64,000 nucleotides of DNA, from positions 2,157 to 66,156 of IMG/VR virus record IMGVR_UViG_3300033172_000001. One strand, 5' to 3'. The first letter of the stretch is position 1. Every line of letters begins with the position of its first letter. The notes beneath the pieces are model-generated. The model worked only from the letters and a program-made list of their open reading frames with translations. It did no database searches and had not been told where the DNA came from. The translations under genes were made by a program, and so were the position numbers. This document shows positions 27,577-35,457 of this stretch, one piece after another. The DNA is from a virus (lineage: Duplodnaviria; Caudoviricetes).

Positions 27577-30036
27577 GTGGAAACAGAAGATTATTTTAAG
27601 AACAACCAAATGGCGATTGATATTTTTAATGCAAAATATGCTTTTGATAAAGAGAACGGAGAAAAAGAAAACGTACTAGAGGTGTTTACTCGGGTAGCAC
27701 GAAATCTTGCTGTTTATGAGTCTGAGCCCGAGAAATGGGAAAAAATCTGGATTGATGATATGATGGAAGGATGGTACCGCCCCGGTGGTTCCATCCTTTC
27801 GGGTGTTGGTAGCAAATCTACCATTTCCTTAGCCAATTGCACGACTATACCCCTTTCTGAGGACTCTATTCAAGGCATTAATAAATGTGTTTCTGATATG
27901 ATGATCTGTGCTGCGAAACGTCAGGGACTTGGTGTTGATGTTTCTGTTTTGCGTCCTAAAGGAGCAAAAGTAAATAATGCAGCAAACGAATCCACAGGAG
28001 CAATTCCGTGGATGGAATATCTTCAGTCAATGGGTAATTATGTCGGACAAGCAGGCAGGCGTCCGGCGGTTCTGCTTTCTATCAAGTGTAATCATCCTGA
28101 TGTGATTGAATTTATTAATTCAAAGACTGATTTGAATCTTATTCATAATGCAAACATTTCTGTTCAGATTACAGACGCTTTTATGGAAGCCGTCATTGAA
28201 GACAATGATTGGGAATTGCATTTTGAAACCAAACACGAAATCATTTCCAAGATTGTCCGAGCAAAAGATATTTTCAGTCTTATTTCTGAATCTGCTCATG
28301 TTAGCGCGGAACCGGGTGTTCAGTTCATTGATCTTATGCGGAAAGGATCTATGATCCACCAAATTTATCTTGCTACTGGTGATAAACGTTTTTGTGTGGT
28401 CAGTACCAACGCCTGCAGCGAAAAACCGCTTGCCCCTTATGGAATTTGTCTTTTGGGTTCAATCAACATGGGTATGTTCCCAAATAATCCTATGGAATAT
28501 GGTCCAATTCTATATCAGAAGACACAAAATCTAATCCGTCTTTTGGATAATGCTATTCAATACGAAATTGACAATGACCGTTATGGTGTACCCGAACAGC
28601 GTGATCTTGCAAAACTGACAAGAGAGGTTGGTATGGGTATTACCAATCTCCACCAGTGGTTCTTGAATGCAGATATTCAGTATGATTCAAAAGAAGCAAT
28701 CAAAGCAATTTCTGAATTCATGGAATATTATGCAAAGTTTGCTTTTCAAGCATCCCAAGAACTTGCAGAAGAAAAAGGTCCAGCGGGAGCATACGAATTA
28801 GGAATCACTGCAAAGGATCTGATGGGATCAAGTTTCTTTAGTAATGTCATTCATTCTCTTGAACTTGAAAACGATCTTGATGAAGTTCTCCCGCTTCGGA
28901 ACTTGGCACTTTTATCCATCGCGCCCACGGGTTCGCTTTCTATGACATTTCCTGAAGGGTGCATTTCTTCTGGTCTTGAACCCATTTTTGCTCCTGCTTA
29001 TTGGCGAAAGACAAGAGCAGTATCTAAAAATGAATGGGAATATTATTTTGTCATGCCATCTGGAGTAAAAGATTATCTCATGTCAAAGATACCTAAAGAT
29101 TCTTCTGATTTTTCTTTCCTTGAAACATTGCCAGAATCAATCAAAGATGAATCTGGAGAAATTGGAAAACATGCAATGAAAATTCTTAAAACCTATCTTG
29201 GCGAAGGATTCTTTAAGGCTGCTCATGAAATTGATCCATTCATGAAACTTGAAATGATGGCAGGAATGTATAAGTTTATTGATGCTGCTGCCTCAGTGAC
29301 GTATAACTTGCCCGAGGATTGTACGGTTGAAACAATTGAATCTCTGTACATGAAAGCGTGGGAACAAGGAGTGAGGGCTGTTTCTGTGTATCGTGAAGGT
29401 TCCCGTGAAGGAATTCTTGTTTTCACTCCGCCGGATCAGCAAAAAGAAAAAAGAGTGACGTATTGTGATGAACGACCAAGCACAATACATTTCAATTGTG
29501 CGCCGAAACGCCCGAAAGATGTTTCTTGCGACATTCACCACGCTAAAGTTGTAGGAAAGGATTGGATTGTTCTAGTCGGAATTCATGAAGGATTTCCGTA
29601 TGAAATTTTTGCAGGAGAAGCGAACAGGGAAGAAATGTACGTTCCTCATTCTGCAAAACAAGGAATTCTTCGCAAAGACGGACGAAAATATTCACTAATT
29701 GTTCCTATCAAAAAATCTGATGTGGAATACAAGGATATTGCAAATCTCTTTATGAATGAACGTTATCGGTCCACCACAAGACTTATTTCTCTTGCGTTGC
29801 GTCATGGTGTGCGTCCTGCATTTATAATTGATCAGTTGAAGAAAGCAGACGAAGGAATCACCGAATTTTCTTCTGTTGTGACCCGTGTTCTTGGCAAATA
29901 CATGAAGGCGCTTGAATTTGAATATCTAAATAAAAAAGACGGTGATTCTTGTCCATTCTGTGGGAGTACAGAATGGATATATCAAGGATCATGTAAAATT
30001 TGCGCCGCGTGTTCAAAAGGGTCAAAGTGTGACTGA
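27577..30036 (+). CDS. nrdJ: Class II (B12-dependent) ribonucleotide reductase
   Basis: PGGSIL, ANCT, TNACSE, CLLGSIN, REVGMG, SIAPTG, YREGSR, C-terminal NrdJb-like and Zn-ribbon domains; no nrdB nearby. Confidence 0.88.
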   Translation: METEDYFKNNQMAIDIFNAKYAFDKENGEKENVLEVFTRVARNLAVYESEPEKWEKIWIDDMMEGWYRPGGSILSGVGSKSTISLANCTTIPLSEDSIQGINKCVSDMMICAAKRQGLGVDVSVLRPKGAKVNNAANESTGAIPWMEYLQSMGNYVGQAGRRPAVLLSIKCNHPDVIEFINSKTDLNLIHNANISVQITDAFMEAVIEDNDWELHFETKHEIISKIVRAKDIFSLISESAHVSAEPGVQFIDLMRKGSMIHQIYLATGDKRFCVVSTNACSEKPLAPYGICLLGSINMGMFPNNPMEYGPILYQKTQNLIRLLDNAIQYEIDNDRYGVPEQRDLAKLTREVGMGITNLHQWFLNADIQYDSKEAIKAISEFMEYYAKFAFQASQELAEEKGPAGAYELGITAKDLMGSSFFSNVIHSLELENDLDEVLPLRNLALLSIAPTGSLSMTFPEGCISSGLEPIFAPAYWRKTRAVSKNEWEYYFVMPSGVKDYLMSKIPKDSSDFSFLETLPESIKDESGEIGKHAMKILKTYLGEGFFKAAHEIDPFMKLEMMAGMYKFIDAAASVTYNLPEDCTVETIESLYMKAWEQGVRAVSVYREGSREGILVFTPPDQQKEKRVTYCDERPSTIHFNCAPKRPKDVSCDIHHAKVVGKDWIVLVGIHEGFPYEIFAGEANREEMYVPHSAKQGILRKDGRKYSLIVPIKKSDVEYKDIANLFMNERYRSTTRLISLALRHGVRPAFIIDQLKKADEGITEFSSVVTRVLGKYMKALEFEYLNKKDGDSCPFCGSTEWIYQGSCKICAACSKGSKCD

Positions 30037-30062
30037 CGGGAACACCAGAAGAAAAAAGAAAT

Positions 30063-30221
30063 ATGGCTAAAAAAATAGAAATCTCATGCATTGAATGTAA
30101 TGCTGATTTTGAGGTTCTTCATGAAATGAGTTCAACGTATTCTCCTAAATTCTGTTGCTTTTGTGGAGAAGAAATAGTAGATGATGATTATATGTATTGC
30201 GAAGATGAAGACGAATATTGA
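30063..30221 (+). CDS. Small zinc-ribbon protein
   Basis: CIECNADF...PKFCCFCG, acidic tail; not in the ORF track. Confidence 0.6.
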   Translation: MAKKIEISCIECNADFEVLHEMSSTYSPKFCCFCGEEIVDDDYMYCEDEDEY

Positions 30222-30335
30222 TTCATAAAAAGGAATCTTATGAACAAAAAACTTTTTTATTCTTGGATCTGTGTTATTGTTTTCTATGGGTTCAACGGTT
30301 TGCAATTATTAATCACTAATTAATCTGGAGGTTTT

Positions 30336-30566
30336 ATGTATCGTGTATTTGAGCATTTTCCGAATGATGCCGAGTTTGTGTGTCCTATTTGCAAGAAAAA
30401 CGATGATTCTTCGTGTTGGCTCATGCCAATTGACGGAACTCAGGAAGACAACATTGAACAAGCCACCCCTGTGCATGTGAAGTGTACGGGGGAGGAACTA
30501 ATCGGAAAAATGAGGTTTAACCAAAAAATGAAAATTATTTATGCTTTTGTTGAAGAAAGTTCTTGA
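30336..30566 (+). CDS. Hypothetical protein
   Basis: GGAGG RBS; CPIC...HVKC. Confidence 0.55.
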   Translation: MYRVFEHFPNDAEFVCPICKKNDDSSCWLMPIDGTQEDNIEQATPVHVKCTGEELIGKMRFNQKMKIIYAFVEESS

Positions 30567-30641
30567 AATTATATTCAAGGAGAGTTAAAATATATATGTA
30601 AGTTGATTGAATGACTTTTAATTCTCCTTGAAGAGGTTTTT

Positions 30642-31985
30642 ATGATGAATCTGCCTGAAAAAATCAAAAATATCTGGTCAGTGCTTGAAAGTGCTGGCCA
30701 TCCCACGTTTCTTGTCGGTGGTGCTGTTCGTGATCATTTTCTTGGTCATGAACCACACGATTTTGATCTTGCGACAAAGGCCAAGCCCGAAGAAATCATT
30801 TCACTTGCAAAGAAGAATTTTCCCGAGGCAGATATCGATTTTGTTGGTGCTACATTCGGGGTTGTTCTGATTGACGGCATTGAAATTGCTACGTTCCGCG
30901 GTGATCGTTACAATGGCAACGGCAACGAAAAGGATGTTTCAATTTCGTTTGTTGACACGATTGAAGAAGACCTTTCCCGTAGAGATTTCACCTGGAACGC
31001 AATGGCGATTAGTTCTATTGGAGAAGTCATTGACCCTTTCAACGGTTATGAAGACCTTGAAAACGGCATAATTCGTTTTGTTGGTGATCCTAATGTTCGG
31101 ATTGCAGAAGACGCCAACAGGATTATTCGTCTTTGCCGATTTGTTGCAAAGAACGATTTTGAAATTAATTTTGAAACGTTTAAGGCTGTTCGGGATAATC
31201 TTCATCTTGTTTCAAGCATTGCACCTGAAAGGATCAAGATGGAAATCATGAAGGCCATGGAATTGAAAAACGCTTCCGCGTTTTGGGGTGCGTTACTGAC
31301 AGTCGGCGTTCTTGAAATGATTCTTCCTGAAATGGCAGAATCATGGAATCACACTGGCGGAAAGTTTCACACTGAAACTGTTTGGGACCACATGATGCTT
31401 GCTGGTGATCATGTTTCTACTAAGTTTCCAATGGTCAAGTTAGCTGCTTATTTACATGATATCGGAAAGCCGCTTGCATATAAGATTGCGGGTGATGGGA
31501 GTTTTTCCGGTCATGAAGTTCTTGGCAAGGATATCATCGTTAGCCGTCTCAGGGACCTTCGCTTCAGTAATGACGAGATTTCCCAGATTGCTGGTCTGTG
31601 TAATTTCCACATGCGACAAATGTTTGATCTTTCTCCGAAGGCGCGCCGAAAGTTAAAGAAGGATCTGAATGAAGCAAACCTTTCATGGAAGGATTTGACT
31701 CGGATTCGTATTGCTGACTCAAAAGCAAACATTGCAAAAGATGCTCTTGCACTTCATGAAATCAAGAACATTGTTTGTGGTTGCACGATGGTTGAAGAGG
31801 TTGTTTTTAGCACCCATTCACTGGCTGTTTCAGGCAAGGATCTTATTCGTGAATGGGAACTTTCTCCGGGTCCAATTGTCGGTAAGTTGCAGAAGTTTTT
31901 GCTTTCTTTTTCAATTGAAGAAGGAAACAATGATCCTGATTGTCTTCTTTTGAAGAGCAAAGACTTTTTTCTCGATAATGATTAA
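30642..31985 (+). CDS. cca: CCA-adding / tRNA nucleotidyltransferase with HD domain
   Basis: LVGGAVRD, HDFDLAT, EIATFR, EDLSRRDFTWNAMA, EDANRIIR, ERI, HDIGKP. Confidence 0.88.
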   Translation: MMNLPEKIKNIWSVLESAGHPTFLVGGAVRDHFLGHEPHDFDLATKAKPEEIISLAKKNFPEADIDFVGATFGVVLIDGIEIATFRGDRYNGNGNEKDVSISFVDTIEEDLSRRDFTWNAMAISSIGEVIDPFNGYEDLENGIIRFVGDPNVRIAEDANRIIRLCRFVAKNDFEINFETFKAVRDNLHLVSSIAPERIKMEIMKAMELKNASAFWGALLTVGVLEMILPEMAESWNHTGGKFHTETVWDHMMLAGDHVSTKFPMVKLAAYLHDIGKPLAYKIAGDGSFSGHEVLGKDIIVSRLRDLRFSNDEISQIAGLCNFHMRQMFDLSPKARRKLKKDLNEANLSWKDLTRIRIADSKANIAKDALALHEIKNIVCGCTMVEEVVFSTHSLAVSGKDLIREWELSPGPIVGKLQKFLLSFSIEEGNNDPDCLLLKSKDFFLDND

Positions 31986-32076
31986 AAAGTCTTTACAACC
32001 ACCCATAACTATGTTTAGATTATTTCGTAAAGCGTGATACGCGATAAGATAATTCAAATTTTAAGGAGCAAAAACA

Positions 32077-32238
32077 ATGGTAATACCTCTTTTTAAGAAC
32101 AGTCCTCACTCAGATATGCCAGGAATGTATAGGTTTATTGATGCTACAGCCTCAGTGACGTATAACTTGCCCGAGGATTGTGCGGTTGAAACAATTGAAT
32201 CTCTGTGTGTAATTAAAAATTCAAAAAAAAACAAATAG
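32077..32238 (+). CDS. 53-aa ORF containing an 87-bp copy of internal nrdJ sequence
   Basis: AAGGAG RBS; 32120-32206 matches 29261-29347 at 83/87 nt, in the same reading frame. Confidence 0.6.
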   Translation: MVIPLFKNSPHSDMPGMYRFIDATASVTYNLPEDCAVETIESLCVIKNSKKNK

Positions 32239-32248
32239 GAGAATTATT

Positions 32249-32581
32249 ATGGCAACTCCCCGCACTCCCAAAGTTCCGTATCCAGTAAAAAACGATTTCA
32301 AGACCTTTTATATCTACAAAGAAGGAAAGTGTGTTTTCAAAGGCAACAAACAGGAACTTTTTAAATCTCCATTTAGTGAAAATTGCCATTCTATTGCTGC
32401 AATTCGTGATAAATTTATCATGGAAGAAGTTGTTGATACGGATGGATTTAAGAAAGTAATGAAGGCATATAACGATGAACAGAAAGAAATTCACGAGGCG
32501 CTGCAAAACGGTGAAACGGTCACCTTTGACTTCGAAGGTATGAGCCAGTTCGTGTTATACATGTTGGAACAACGGAGCTAG
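32249..32581 (+). CDS. Hypothetical protein
   Basis: AGGAG RBS. Confidence 0.55.
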   Translation: MATPRTPKVPYPVKNDFKTFYIYKEGKCVFKGNKQELFKSPFSENCHSIAAIRDKFIMEEVVDTDGFKKVMKAYNDEQKEIHEALQNGETVTFDFEGMSQFVLYMLEQRS

Positions 32582-32610
32582 GAAGAATTACATGGAAAAG
32601 GAGTCTGAAA

Positions 32611-32853
32611 ATGTATCAAATACCCTTGTATGGCCCGGAAACACTACCGACAAACGGTCAGCAGATATTGTTGTTTTTGCATGACGGAACAGTTTGTAGT
32701 GCGTGGTTTTCTAATGTTGCTCCAGAGAACGACGCGAAAGACGACGGCGAGTATGATTGGATATGTTGCGAAGATAGGTTCTTGATAGATGGTCACGACA
32801 CGCACCTTATTCGGGGTTGGCTACCGTTATGCTATTTTGAGGGGTTTGTATGA
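32611..32853 (+). CDS. Hypothetical protein
   Basis: AAGGAG RBS. Confidence 0.55.
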   Translation: MYQIPLYGPETLPTNGQQILLFLHDGTVCSAWFSNVAPENDAKDDGEYDWICCEDRFLIDGHDTHLIRGWLPLCYFEGFV

Positions 32854-32982
32854 TAACTTCCTGTAACCACAGCGAGAATATTATTTGCGGTTCTTGCCTG
32901 ATGAAAAATCACCAAGAGAAGCAGGTTGCTGAAAATTTGTTGCGCGGCGAAATTCTAATTGAAGAGATAAGGGGGGGACAAT

Positions 32983-33327
32983 ATGAGTGACAACAAAACA
33001 GTCTACAGAGGAAAAGATTACCCGGTGCATAGCAACGCACCTTGGAGGATTGAAGGTGAGAATGTGAAAACAGCCATTTCTTCTGGATGCAAGCGCATAG
33101 CGATGGTGGACTATTTTGATTGTGGCACCGGCGATCCACGTAGCATTTCCAAGGAAGAACACGAGGCAAACGCCCGCTTGATAGCCGCCGCTCCTGAAAT
33201 GCTGGAAGTGTTGCGCTGGCTTGATAATGCGTATGATTGTAGAGAGGCATACAATGGGAATGTAGCATTTTCCCATGAGGATTTGGAAAAAGTGCGCCGG
33301 GCAATCAAGCTGGCGATGGAAGGCTAA
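32983..33327 (+). CDS. Cassette-like hypothetical protein (ANARLIAAAPE motif)
   Basis: Its stop TAA is part of the TAAC of the downstream attC-like site. Confidence 0.65.
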   Translation: MSDNKTVYRGKDYPVHSNAPWRIEGENVKTAISSGCKRIAMVDYFDCGTGDPRSISKEEHEANARLIAAAPEMLEVLRWLDNAYDCREAYNGNVAFSHEDLEKVRRAIKLAMEG

Positions 33328-33375
33328 CCCAGAGCGCAGCGGTGCGTAGCATCCGCCTGACGTGAGTTGTTATCT
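33322..33375 (-). mobile_element. attC-like site A (inverted relative to ORFs)
   Basis: Minus strand AGATAAC-AACTCA-CG[T]CAG[G]CGG...CCGCTGCG-CTCTGG-GTTAGCC, with two extrahelical bases. Confidence 0.7.
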
Positions 33376-33391
33376 TTAATGGAAAAACCAA

Positions 33392-33637
33392 ATGAAAACG
33401 CCAAAAGAAAAGTACATGAACGACCCTGAATATAACCGCTTAGTGAACATGCTGGAAAACCTAATTGCGCAGGCTCAATTTACGCCATCAGAGCTGAGAG
33501 AGGCCTGCGTTTTGGCAAGCATCAATTACGAAATGCGGAATATTCGCCACTTCAATATTTCCAATATTCACCCCAAACTTGAAGATGCCCTAAGAACGCT
33601 TGACGAATTCGTTAGCAGCGGCAGGCCAAGAAGATAA
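33392..33637 (+). CDS. Cassette hypothetical protein
   Basis: Bounded by complementary cores GTTATCT and AGATAAC. Confidence 0.65.
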   Translation: MKTPKEKYMNDPEYNRLVNMLENLIAQAQFTPSELREACVLASINYEMRNIRHFNISNIHPKLEDALRTLDEFVSSGRPRR

Positions 33638-33664
33638 CGTTTAAGCTCAGGCGCCTTGTTATGG
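33632..33664 (-). mobile_element. Internally deleted attC-like site B
   Basis: Minus strand CCATAAC-AAGGC-GCCTGAGC-TTAAAC-GTTATCT; both R boxes and spacers kept, central stem lost. Confidence 0.6.
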
Positions 33665-33680
33665 CGCGGGAGGTAATCAT

Positions 33681-33884
33681 ATGGAAAGCAGAACCATTAA
33701 AAGACCACTTTCTAACGAGAAGGTGTATTCAGAGAAGGACGTTGTGTTGTACCTCGAAAGGTTCCTAAAAGGGTCTCTTTGCGGAGATTGTTTTAATGGC
33801 TCACCTTGGGGCGAAAAAGAAAACGAAAGGCTCTATTTTGCTCTTTCCGAAATTGACTACGGAAATTTCAAGGTAGCACCATAA
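33681..33884 (+). CDS. Cassette hypothetical protein
   Basis: Bounded by GTTATGG and CCATAAC; GGAGG RBS. Confidence 0.6.
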   Translation: MESRTIKRPLSNEKVYSEKDVVLYLERFLKGSLCGDCFNGSPWGEKENERLYFALSEIDYGNFKVAP

Positions 33885-33910
33885 CGTGGAGGCGGAAACG
33901 GAGAAAGCAC

Positions 33911-34112
33911 ATGGACAAATACCTGTACCGAATAACGACGAAGCGGACGAATGTGTGGAGCACGAAAAAACCGAAGCCTGTTTATTTCGTTGCCGAAAGC
34001 AAGGAGGCGGCGTGGAAATGGGCAACGGAACACCTTCAAAGCGGCCTATCGGTTGCGAAAGTGACGCGATTGGCTTGTCCAGGCGGGCGGCCATGTTTTT
34101 GCTGGTCTCTAA
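33911..34112 (+). pseudogene. Cassette gene with a probable +1 frameshift near 34075
   Basis: The shifted frame ends VQAGGHVFAGL* at the TAA of the attC TAAC (34110-34112); the unshifted frame reads through the site. Confidence 0.45.
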
Positions 34113-34180
34113 CGGCTGATTTAACCGGCGCGTTAGCGCGCCCGAGCGAGGAACGAGCGATGTTGAACGAATTGTTATAC
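34107..34180 (-). mobile_element. attC-like site D (inverted)
   Basis: Minus strand GTATAAC-AATTC-GTT[C]AACA...GGTTAAA-TCAGCC-GTTAGAG. Confidence 0.75.
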
Positions 34181-34402
34181 GTGCTGGCGCGAAACTACGA
34201 AGACGCTAGAAATTACGCTAGAAATTACGCCTACAAAAAAGGCTATCACTACTCACGAATGGTTAATGTTGATCGACGCGAGAAACTGATGGGGTTGCGC
34301 GATGTAAAGTTGCATGTGGTTCCTGGCGCCGAGGATCGGAAGAATTATGCAGAGCTAATGCATGAAGCGAAGATTCGGTGCTTTGAGATCGTGGACGTAT
34401 AA
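34160..34402 (+). CDS. Cassette hypothetical protein (start lies inside the attC)
   Basis: GAGGA then ATG 34160; bounded by GTTATAC and GTATAAC. Confidence 0.55.
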   Translation: MLNELLYVLARNYEDARNYARNYAYKKGYHYSRMVNVDRREKLMGLRDVKLHVVPGAEDRKNYAELMHEAKIRCFEIVDV

Positions 34403-34420
34403 CACTGGAGGTAAACGGCG

Positions 34421-34732
34421 ATGAATGAAGCGAAGCGTAATGAAGAGTCCAGTTTGACCGAGTTGTTAGCTGGGCAAATGATGACTGTGTTAATGACAGA
34501 GAAAGACGACATCATACGAGAAGCCATTAACAGAAAAATCGGTACGGATTGGACGCTAGAAGATTTGAAGGGGCGTTGCCATGTAACCAAGTCGCCCAAC
34601 ACTTACGAAGTGTTTTATCTGGATGGCAAGGCAATTGTTAAATTTGACGATCCACATTTAGAGCAAGATTTTAACGAGCTACCAAAGCATGTTGTTAGCG
34701 CACATATTAAGTACGCGTTTATTGACAGCTAA
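34421..34732 (+). CDS. Cassette hypothetical protein
   Basis: GGAGG RBS; stop is in AGCTAAC. Confidence 0.6.
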   Translation: MNEAKRNEESSLTELLAGQMMTVLMTEKDDIIREAINRKIGTDWTLEDLKGRCHVTKSPNTYEVFYLDGKAIVKFDDPHLEQDFNELPKHVVSAHIKYAFIDS

Positions 34733-34793
34733 CGCTTGAGTTCACGCGGGCTGGCCGCAGTTTGGCCAGCCCGCGTGAAACGAATTGTTATGC
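34727..34793 (-). mobile_element. attC-like site F (inverted, best preserved)
   Basis: Minus strand GCATAAC-AATTC-GTT[T]CACG-CGGGCTGGCC-loop-GGCCAGCCCG-CGTGAAC-TCAAGC-GTTAGCT. Confidence 0.85.
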
Positions 34794-34812
34794 GATTTTT
34801 CAAGGAGATGAC

Positions 34813-35106
34813 ATGAATTGTCCAAAATGCGGAAGCGAAAACGTATCAACTGAGAGACGTATTGACGGAATGAAAACGTGCCTCGACTGCGGTTATAAAT
34901 GGCGCAATGTAGCACAGGCAGGACACGTAGTAACAAGTTGCCACGAAGATAGAACATACAAGCGATATCTCTGTTGGGTCTGCGGAGAAATCCACAAATG
35001 CACTCCGTCTTCTGATTTTTACACCACAGACGCCCACGGGGAGGTGCTTGTCTGCGAAAGATGTTTTCACGAATACCTCGGGCATCGGCTGAACGCTGAA
35101 AAGTGA
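34813..35106 (+). CDS. Cassette zinc-ribbon protein
   Basis: MNCPKCGS...CLDCG...CWVCG...CERC; bounded by GTTATGC and GCATAAC. Confidence 0.6.
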   Translation: MNCPKCGSENVSTERRIDGMKTCLDCGYKWRNVAQAGHVVTSCHEDRTYKRYLCWVCGEIHKCTPSSDFYTTDAHGEVLVCERCFHEYLGHRLNAEK

Positions 35107-35121
35107 GTAGCGGATATTAAC

Positions 35122-35165
35122 GCATAACCGCAAGGGTAAGCGGCCCGCCCCTTAGCCTGTTATTC
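35122..35165 (-). mobile_element. Degenerate attC-like site G
   Basis: GCATAAC-CGCAAG-GGTAAGCGG...GTTATTC on the plus strand. Confidence 0.5.
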
Positions 35166-35198
35166 GTCAAGATACTGACGGCGAACTGGAGGAAGAAA

Positions 35199-35402
35199 AT
35201 GAAAACCGACTACCAAAGATTTCGGGTGTATAGCATTAAAGGTTGTATGGGTGAATTTTACTCATACGGATTTGACGTAGAATCATCACGTAATATTTTT
35301 GCGTTGATGAAAAAAGAAAAAGTAAAAATATTATACCAAAGACCAATAACAAAAATATGCGATGATAATGGAACTATCGTTTACGAAAACGAAGAAGCCT
35401 AA
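35199..35402 (+). CDS. Hypothetical protein
   Basis: GGAGG RBS; ends in GCCTAAC followed by an attC-like half site. Confidence 0.55.
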   Translation: MKTDYQRFRVYSIKGCMGEFYSYGFDVESSRNIFALMKKEKVKILYQRPITKICDDNGTIVYENEEA

Positions 35403-35457
35403 CAACTGCTTCAACTGGACAGTCGAATCTAATGGAATTTGAAAAGGAGTCTGAAAA

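Noticed and set aside
32851-32900. Additional attC at TGATAAC-TTCCTG-TAACCAC
   Set aside because: Only a left-half resemblance, with no matching GTT core or partner, so too degenerate to call.
32983-35420. CRISPR array or plain terminators for the inter-gene palindromes
   Set aside because: The repeats are not identical, the spacers are whole genes, and the palindromes lack U-tracts. The cross-unit core complementarity fits attC instead.
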